DNA of 37,726 nt, taken from a virus. Of this stretch, positions 32,378 through 37,726 are shown one piece after another. The notes below the pieces were generated by a model, which was not told where the DNA came from, did no database searches, and saw only the letters and a program-made list of their open reading frames with translations. Location: positions 1 through 37,726 of the IMG/VR virus record IMGVR_UViG_3300028635_000021; one strand, 5' to 3'. How positions within the stretch are numbered: the first letter of the stretch is position 1; every line of letters starts with the position of its first letter. A program made the position numbers and the translations under genes.

Positions 32378-32412
32378 AAAACCCGCCTGCTCCCCCACGG
32401 TTACAGACGGGT
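32376..32412 (-). terminator. Intrinsic terminator of the minus-strand accessory operon.
   Basis: Minus strand: ACCCGTCTG - 14-nt loop - CAGGCGGGT, followed by TTTTT. The stem is 9 bp, including one pair that is G-U in the minus transcript but a C/A mismatch in the plus transcript. Confidence 0.65.
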
Positions 32413-32437
32413 CTTATGGTATCGCGTTTGAAGCGGA

Positions 32438-32527
32438 CTAGCGCTTCATTTTCTTAGCGGTCTTAGCCTTGGTGATTTTCTTCGCGCTCTTCTTAGCGCC
32501 TTTTTTCATTCCCTTTTTTGTCGCCAT
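32438..32527 (-). CDS. Lys-rich basic micro-protein (29 aa).
   Basis: Hand translation MATKKGMKKGAKKSAKKITKAKTAKKMKR, behind gggagggtaat (strong SD). It is the last ORF before the terminator. Confidence 0.5.
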   Translation of the reverse strand: MATKKGMKKGAKKSAKKITKAKTAKKMKR

Positions 32528-32528
32528 A

Positions 32529-32759
32529 TTACCCTCCCATGGGTTGGCTTGTTGTAACACTCTCTGATTTAAAGATGTTCGCGCGAACCGCGCAATCTTT
32601 TGCTTCCAATAACTTTCGCAGTGCAGTGGTGCGCTCCGGATTAGCCGGCAGAGTTTTGAAAAGCGTCTGGGCTAACTCTCCAAACGGTTTACTGATTGTC
32701 TGCAGGTGCGCTGGCAGATGGTCGTATGCGAAGAACTGCATGATGTGCTCATGGTACAT
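32529..32759 (-). CDS. Small helical hypothetical protein (76 aa).
   Basis: ...FFAYDHLPAHLQTISKPFGELAQTLFKTLPANPERTTALRKLLEAKDCAVRA... looks like a conserved small phage protein, but I cannot assign a family with confidence. Confidence 0.5.
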   Translation of the reverse strand: MYHEHIMQFFAYDHLPAHLQTISKPFGELAQTLFKTLPANPERTTALRKLLEAKDCAVRANIFKSESVTTSQPMGG

Positions 32760-33030
32760 TGTGAACCTCCTTGGTTCTGTTGTTTGGGTCTTCGTTCCTA
32801 AGAATCCGTTGCTGCATCCGCGCGCGCTCGAGCTGTCTCACCCTTTCGGTGCGCTTTAAAGACTTGTACTTCTTCTTGAAGTAATCGACGTGCATCCCTA
32901 GATATAGAGCCGTCTGGTATAGGTTGCCTTGGTGCTGGGTCACGGCATTGAAGATGTAGTCACGCTCCCATTCATCGCGCGCGAGTTTGAATCTTGATGG
33001 TTGCTTCACGTCTTCTTCTCCAATCTCCAT
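32749..33030 (-). CDS. Small Fis/NtrC-type HTH protein.
   Basis: ...ERDYIFNAVTQHQGNLYQTALYLGMHVDYFKKKYKSL... matches the HTH_8-like pattern. Confidence 0.55.
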   Translation of the reverse strand: MEIGEEDVKQPSRFKLARDEWERDYIFNAVTQHQGNLYQTALYLGMHVDYFKKKYKSLKRTERVRQLERARMQQRILRNEDPNNRTKEVHNVP

Positions 33031-33257
33031 CTAAGGTGTGCAAGTTCTTCGGCATACGCTTCCATCAGGGCCCCTTTACTTTTCCGAAGCTCCTTCAATT
33101 CTTGCTTCATTCTCTTATTCGAATTCCTGACGGCGTTGAGGTATCTCTTTTCCACCACTTCAATCGGCACGCTGCCCGTGCGGTTGATTGCTTCTTCTGC
33201 ATCTGCGAAGGCAAGGTCAGGGCTGTGCTCAAACCGAACCAGATGCCAAACCTTCAT
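33006..33257 (-). CDS. Hypothetical protein (83 aa).
   Basis: ORF in operon orientation. Confidence 0.45.
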   Translation of the reverse strand: MKVWHLVRFEHSPDLAFADAEEAINRTGSVPIEVVEKRYLNAVRNSNKRMKQELKELRKSKGALMEAYAEELAHLRWRLEKKT

Positions 33258-33490
33258 TCGGTTTCTTCCAGCTCGCCGCTGAACCCTAGTCCCGCCTGGG
33301 CGGGTGATCCAAAGAAGTCCGCCGGGATTCTTGTCCGTACATTTTGTGCTGCCTCGAATCGTTCAGGGAAATACTTCCGCTTGTCCTCATCACTTAGGCA
33401 ATGGAAGCAGGCGAACAAGATCTCGGCACCCTCGCCCACGTTCATCAGATCATCAGTTGTGCGCTGTTGGCCGCAGCCGTCACACTTCAT
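33254..33490 (-). CDS. Zinc-ribbon-like small protein.
   Basis: MKCDGCGQ...FACFHCL (two C-x-x-C pairs). Confidence 0.5.
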   Translation of the reverse strand: MKCDGCGQQRTTDDLMNVGEGAEILFACFHCLSDEDKRKYFPERFEAAQNVRTRIPADFFGSPAQAGLGFSGELEETE

Positions 33491-33683
33491 TGATCAAGCT
33501 CCCTGTTTCCTTGGGCTCAAAGCATCGCTTGCCTGACTTGAGGTAAGCTTCACCCTCTGGCCCGTTCATCTTCTTGTGAGCATCCTCCAGCTTGTCGCAG
33601 TAGTAACCATTGGGTCCTTCGCCTTCCATCACATTGCCTTCGTAGTGATTCAGCCAAAGACAGTTCGCGCAGTTCTTCTTCAT
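33480..33683 (-). CDS. Cys-containing small protein.
   Basis: MKKNCANCLW...YYCDK...KRCFEP. Confidence 0.45.
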   Translation of the reverse strand: MKKNCANCLWLNHYEGNVMEGEGPNGYYCDKLEDAHKKMNGPEGEAYLKSGKRCFEPKETGSLINEV

Positions 33684-34051
33684 TCGTTCCCCTTCAGCCG
33701 CGCGATCTCGCCGGCATATTCGAACACTCGCGCCTCTTCCGCTTTGAGCAGGGCGCGGGTTTCATCAAGCTCCACCTTGAGTGCGTCGTGCGCGGACTTC
33801 TCGATGACATGAATCAGTCCGTATTGCCATTGCAACGGTCCCTGATGTGGATGCTTTGTATAGGCGTCACCGAAATAGATCGACTCTTCATCATCCTTCT
33901 CATGCTGATCCTCATCGATCCAAAACTCACGCGGCTTTGCGCTGGCCGGGGTGGGGTTGATGCGAGCGCGGTCCTCTGCTTCAAGCTTGTCGAGATTGCA
34001 CCACTGGCACGGCATTGCCATCTTGTGGGTCGGGCATCTGTCGGGAGTCAT
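33680..34051 (-). CDS. Hypothetical protein (123 aa).
   Basis: Its ATG overlaps the GT2 stop (ATGA). Confidence 0.5.
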   Translation of the reverse strand: MTPDRCPTHKMAMPCQWCNLDKLEAEDRARINPTPASAKPREFWIDEDQHEKDDEESIYFGDAYTKHPHQGPLQWQYGLIHVIEKSAHDALKVELDETRALLKAEEARVFEYAGEIARLKGNE

Positions 34052-35541
34052 GTATCACCTTGATCTTTCAGAACAGTTAGATTTATCCAGGCATTGAAGA
34101 GCGTGAAGAACGTAGTCGGAGCAAAGTCCTCGAACCGATCGAGGCGCTTGCCAATCCCAATTAGCGTGAGTGTTGTAGATATACAGATGACATAGAACAT
34201 TGCATTTCTAAATTGTAAGAAGCGCTCAACCTTCTTTGTGTTTCCCGACGGCTGCCATGAAACGAGCTCGCCCCTTAGCTTATCGATGAACGCAAAGAAG
34301 TAAGCATAGCTCGCGACTTGTCTCGCGCGTGGTGCATACAGCCCGAACTTGTGCGTTGTCCACATTGGAACAACAAGGAAGCCATAGAGAAACGAAGGGA
34401 AACTAAAGACTAGGTTGTACCAATGAACAAGCTCAGGGAAAAACCAGATAAGAATTAGACTCGGCATTGAGATCAAAAACACAGTCACGCCGCTTGAAAT
34501 ATAGAAGAGCATTCCACTTAGGTAACAAGCCTTCTGCATGATGGTTAGATTCGATGTCCAAAATTTCCGACTTAGGAATAGCGAGATTGAGCCCGTTGCC
34601 CAGCGGTATTGCTGCAGAAAGAAGCTCTTTAAATCATTCGGGCATATGCCACGCGCGAGACACACCGGAACATACTTCACCCGCCATCCAGCGTCCGTAA
34701 CCATGAAGCCAGTGTGCACGTCCTCAGAGTATGCAATCGCAGCGGTTCCACCAAAGGGTTCGAGCGCTGACCTTCTATAGAGAGCGTTGGAGCCCACACA
34801 AATGGGCGCTCTAAAGTGATCGCGTGAAACTTGGATCAGCCGATAGAAAAGTTCTTGAATATAACCCGCACCCTTCTCAACCCACGTCTGCTCATTGAGC
34901 ACGCTAAAGAACTGAGGCGTCTGCACAATCGCGGTTGTTGGATCATTGTGCATATAGATAAGCGTCTCTTGGAGGAAGTTCGGATGAGGACAAAAGTCAG
35001 CGTCGAAGACTACGAAGAAATCTCCGGACGTTTGAGCAAAGGCGTTTCGTAAATTGCCAGCCTTCTTAAGCTCCCCTGGGTTGGCGCGCGTAATGTAGTT
35101 GAAGCCAAACTCTTCAGCCAAAAATTTCACATGCAGATCAGCTGCATCGTCGAGAACAAAAACCTTTAGGCTCTTGTAGCTAAGTCTCGAGATATGAATC
35201 CATGTATTTCGAAGTACCTCAAGGGGTTCGCCACACACGGGCAAGTAAACGTCAACGGATCCCATGTCGTAGTTGAACTGAAGACTTGAAAGAACTCGAT
35301 GCTGTTCAAAATCAAAGTCGCGCCCGAGAAGGCCAATCAAATAAGATAGCCCTAGGTACACAGTCATGACGACCGCATAAGCTGAGAAGAAGAACAATGC
35401 TGGATGTGCGGTGACGTATAGCCAAAGACCGACAAGCAAACTCAGGACACTCAAAACTCCCGGCGCATACAGGGAGTATCGCCGGGGTTTCGAATACATG
35501 AACCGCTCGAAGTCTTCGGGCGCTTTCGGTAGAACTACCAT
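34048..35541 (-). CDS. Integral-membrane processive family-2 glycosyltransferase of the BcsA/CrdS (cellulose-synthase-like) type, without a PilZ domain.
   Basis: 497 aa. Ordered motifs are VFVLDD, KKAGNLRNAF, VVFDADF, QTPQFF, VGSNALYRRSAL, SEDVHTGF and QQYRWATG (Q-x-x-R-W). There are two N-terminal and several C-terminal hydrophobic segments. Confidence 0.85.
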   Translation of the reverse strand: MVVLPKAPEDFERFMYSKPRRYSLYAPGVLSVLSLLVGLWLYVTAHPALFFFSAYAVVMTVYLGLSYLIGLLGRDFDFEQHRVLSSLQFNYDMGSVDVYLPVCGEPLEVLRNTWIHISRLSYKSLKVFVLDDAADLHVKFLAEEFGFNYITRANPGELKKAGNLRNAFAQTSGDFFVVFDADFCPHPNFLQETLIYMHNDPTTAIVQTPQFFSVLNEQTWVEKGAGYIQELFYRLIQVSRDHFRAPICVGSNALYRRSALEPFGGTAAIAYSEDVHTGFMVTDAGWRVKYVPVCLARGICPNDLKSFFLQQYRWATGSISLFLSRKFWTSNLTIMQKACYLSGMLFYISSGVTVFLISMPSLILIWFFPELVHWYNLVFSFPSFLYGFLVVPMWTTHKFGLYAPRARQVASYAYFFAFIDKLRGELVSWQPSGNTKKVERFLQFRNAMFYVICISTTLTLIGIGKRLDRFEDFAPTTFFTLFNAWINLTVLKDQGDT

Positions 35542-35912
35542 AGATTAATCGTGAGCTTTCCAATGATCTCTTGAACTACGGTGTCTTCCGAAAGCTCACC
35601 TTCACGTGGGCGATATGCCAGACGAATACCCGGAGACACAGTCAAGAATTCGCCCACGAATATATCCACGGAGTTCTTCGTGACGAACCACTTCGAGTAA
35701 GAGTCACCCTCATCTTCAAGCATAGAGTCACCAAAGCCAGTCCATGAATTCAAAGCAGCTCTATCAGAAATGAGAGTCTCATAAATCCCAAGGCCAACCA
35801 TGTAAGTGGTTTGTTCATTCTTCGGATTATATCGCGGCTCGAAAGATAGCTTGCCGCTTGCGAACACAGAACCAGTAAAGAACATAAACATTAGAATCAA
35901 AGTTGCACGCAT
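35535..35912 (-). CDS. Small exported protein, possibly an outer-membrane beta-barrel.
   Basis: The start is placed at the ATG at 35912, behind tagggggtatttat. The signal peptide is MRATLILMFMFFTGSVFA. It has alternating hydrophobic strands and ends ...GKLTINLW. It overlaps the GT2 start by 7 nt. Confidence 0.55.
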   Translation of the reverse strand: MRATLILMFMFFTGSVFASGKLSFEPRYNPKNEQTTYMVGLGIYETLISDRAALNSWTGFGDSMLEDEGDSYSKWFVTKNSVDIFVGEFLTVSPGIRLAYRPREGELSEDTVVQEIIGKLTINLW

Positions 35913-35959
35913 ATAAATACCCCCTAAGGTCTTTGCGTTTTGTTTTCTTGAAGATGAAT

Positions 35960-36199
35960 TCAAAAATCTGTTGTGCCATTCCTTCGCTTTGCGAGCGCAG
36001 CATCTAGCGGTTCACCTAGAATGAACTCCATACTTTTCGTTTGTGCTTTCCCCCTTTCAAAATCGAATTCAATTACACTTGAGGTCTTAATAATTTCGCC
36101 GTCCTTAAAACGTGGATGATCGTATATATACCCAAAGACTTGATTCTGTGGACCTATATACCAATGCTCGATTCTCGGGCGCTTGCCCGTCTCGCTCAC
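35960..36199 (-). CDS. Hypothetical protein (79 aa, GTG start).
   Basis: GTGA overlap with the upstream micro-ORF and a 4-nt overlap with the track start of the downstream ORF. Confidence 0.5.
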   Translation of the reverse strand: MSETGKRPRIEHWYIGPQNQVFGYIYDHPRFKDGEIIKTSSVIEFDFERGKAQTKSMEFILGEPLDAALAKRRNGTTDF

Positions 36200-36357
36200 T
36201 TCTTCTTCCTTGGTTTCTTCGGAGTGAACTTATCCACGTACACAGTTCGCGCAGTGGTGTTGGTGATCACTATGCCGCGCACCTTGGTGTTATCACCTGG
36301 CGCAAGCGGATTGCCTGAGCGCTTTGTTGGACGCTTTAGAATTCGGATATTGATCAT
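36196..36357 (-). CDS. Basic micro-protein (53 aa).
   Basis: Hand translation MINIRILKRPTKRSGNPLAPGDNTKVRGIVITNTTARTVYVDKFTPKKPRKKK, with ATGA and GTGA overlaps at its two ends. Confidence 0.45.
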   Translation of the reverse strand: MINIRILKRPTKRSGNPLAPGDNTKVRGIVITNTTARTVYVDKFTPKKPRKKK

Positions 36358-37079
36358 GTATCCCCTCTCTTAATTAAATCAGTCATTGCCTTAACCATGT
36401 TCGCACCAGTCTGAAGGCTCGCGGCCAACGCATTTGCCGCTGAGATTGCTGTTTCAATCCGGTGAGTTTCCACCCGTTGAGTTCCTTCCTTTGACTTCGC
36501 TAGATCCGAATCGGTTACGCACTCTTCGATTAAACCCATCAACCTGTCTGCGGACTTGTTCAGTAAATTCAGCGAACGAAAGGCGGCCATCTCTAAATTC
36601 GCGCGTGAGTCGCCTGATTGCGCGGGCTGGGTTTCGCCGATCGCGGCGAGCTCGCTCCTTGGCGGCGTTTGCGTCTCGCTCTGCTTGGTATCGTTCTCGG
36701 GCGGCGGCATTAACCGCGGCTTGGTCTTTTCTGTTTCGCTCGAGTCTGGCTGCATTGATTCGCTCCTTGTTGGCATAGTAGTAGTCTTTGGCTCTTTGGC
36801 GCGCGCGCTTGATTTGTTCCGGCGTTTGGTTCCGGACCCTTCTTCTTTCCAGGCATCGCGCTCTATACTCCGCGTTCTCGGCAATGCGCCGACGGTAACG
36901 CTCTCGATCTTTCTCTCGACGTCTGGCAATACTTTCCGGGGACCGCCCCATTTTTCGAACTCCTGTGCACAGTGAAGCGAATGAAACCTCTGGGTGCTGG
37001 CCGGCGTGACACGCATGACTTGACCGCAGTTACCGCACGGCCGTGACTCAAGCGTTACAGTTAGAACTTCGGTCAGCAT
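36354..37079 (-). CDS. Hypothetical protein: N-terminal zinc ribbon, low-complexity centre, helical C-terminus.
   Basis: 241-aa ORF, ...CGNCGQVMRVTPASTQRFHSLHC... The centre overlaps an alternative frame that looks more protein-like. Confidence 0.5.
   Translation of the reverse strand: MLTEVLTVTLESRPCGNCGQVMRVTPASTQRFHSLHCAQEFEKWGGPRKVLPDVERKIESVTVGALPRTRSIERDAWKEEGSGTKRRNKSSARAKEPKTTTMPTRSESMQPDSSETEKTKPRLMPPPENDTKQSETQTPPRSELAAIGETQPAQSGDSRANLEMAAFRSLNLLNKSADRLMGLIEECVTDSDLAKSKEGTQRVETHRIETAISAANALAASLQTGANMVKAMTDLIKRGDT
36454..36951 (-). CDS. Nested alternative-frame ORF: Arg-rich protein with R-x-R-x-x-Y / Y-Y-x-N-x-E repeats.
   Basis: 165 aa, lying entirely inside 36354..37079. Its codon choice (GCC, AAC, GAG, ATC, TAC) looks more like the rest of the genome than the overlapping frame does. 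Whether it is translated is unresolved. Confidence 0.35.
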   Translation of the reverse strand: MGRSPESIARRREKDRERYRRRIAENAEYRARCLERRRVRNQTPEQIKRARQRAKDYYYANKERINAARLERNRKDQAAVNAAARERYQAERDANAAKERARRDRRNPARAIRRLTREFRDGRLSFAEFTEQVRRQVDGFNRRVRNRFGSSEVKGRNSTGGNSPD

Positions 37080-37330
37080 GTCGCGCTCACCGATTCAAAG
37101 AGTGGAAGCTGCCCCTGTCTACGGCTCTGCAATTCATCTTCGATCGCCTCTCGCTTGCTCCGGCGGCGATCGAACTTCTTGTAAGCATTGTGATAAGCGG
37201 ACCGCGCCTTGAGCTCTTCCGACCGGGCTTCTGCTAATGCGTTCTCGAGTCGCTCGATAGCGCTCCGAAGTGGATCAGCCTGCATTGGCGTCCCCTTGTC
37301 CGACGAAAACCAGAAACTTCTCTTCAACAC
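37073..37330 (-). CDS. Hypothetical coiled-coil protein. The likely start is Met16 at 37285.
   Basis: ...MQADPLRSAIERLENALAEARSEELKARSAYHNAYKKF... Confidence 0.45.
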   Translation of the reverse strand: MLKRSFWFSSDKGTPMQADPLRSAIERLENALAEARSEELKARSAYHNAYKKFDRRRSKREAIEDELQSRRQGQLPLFESVSATC

Positions 37331-37599
37331 CGGGACTGACTACGTACGGTTTGAACTCGGCGGCCGGATCGAACGGCGGCTCTGGTGAATAGGGACCCGG
37401 CGGCTTAGGCTTGACCGGCTTCAGCGTTTTCACTTCCCGGTTTATCCAAGTCACAATCTTGGTGGGCCAGTGTGCTATATCAATTGGCTTCTTCTCCGCG
37501 GCGTAATGGTTGACGCAGTTCCGGATGGTGGCATTCAGTGAGGCCTTCGTGAATCGTTCAAGCAGATCGTCTCGTACGGACTCAGGCAGCTGATTGAAT
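37275..37599 (-). CDS. 3-prime part (aa 158-264) of the junction-spanning gene that starts at 470.
   Basis: This is track ORF 37275..37640. Its in-window TTG start is an artefact of linearisation, because the frame is continuous with 470..1. Confidence 0.7.
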
Positions 37600-37726
37600 A
37601 GAAGGTTGACGGTTTCATCCCTCCCCAGCATTTCCCCCAATGGCGTAGCCTTCTGTGCTGGTGCTTTTCCATCAGCAACAGCAAGAGTTTTGAGCTCAGA
37701 GGGAGAGGGAGAGGGAGAGGGAGAGG
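37600..37726. repeat. Terminal direct repeat, copy 2 (identical to 1..127).
   Basis: Exact identity read base by base. Confidence 0.95.

Noticed and set aside
35960-36199. The 79-aa protein upstream of the synthase as a detached PilZ c-di-GMP receptor.
   Set aside because: Neither the RxxxR nor the (D/N)xSxxG motif can be found, so no PilZ call can be made from the sequence.

Overview
The window is a complete phage genome assembled as a circle. Bases 1-127 recur exactly at 37600-37726, so the unit length is 37,599 bp, and one gene is split across the linearisation point. Almost all genes lie on the minus strand, tightly packed, with many ATGA/GTGA start-stop overlaps. By gene content it is a temperate podovirus-like phage with T7/BPP-1-style structural synteny: small and large terminase, head-to-tail connector portal, scaffold, major capsid, tail tubular A/B-like proteins, a run of large internal virion proteins, and a tail fibre. 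It also carries a holin / i-spanin / o-spanin / M15 endolysin cassette. The lysogeny module has an XRE-type repressor without an S24 domain, divergent from an early operon with RecT and a YqaJ exonuclease. That module continues with xis-int and an attP built on the 3-prime part of a tRNA gene, flanked by 23-bp arm repeats. Seven accessory items deserve a second look. (1) A BcsA-like processive GT2 glycan synthase with no PilZ domain, translationally coupled to a small signal-peptide, beta-barrel-like protein and a 79-aa protein. (2) A FliA-type sigma factor, plus a bipartite motif shared by the two long late-region intergenic gaps. (3) An adjacent RyR-domain protein and DUF2829 (Tad2-like) protein. 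(4) A 475-nt ORF-free, helix-rich region whose G-U pairs favour a minus-strand RNA. (5) A plus-strand two-gene RHH-like cassette behind three ACAATT repeats phased at 11 bp. (6) A stop-poor locus with nested out-of-frame ORFs. (7) A GNAT acetyltransferase inside the virion module. I could not recognise a replication module, reverse transcriptase, CRISPR array, rRNA or complete tRNA. All functional calls rest on motifs read by eye, not on database searches.
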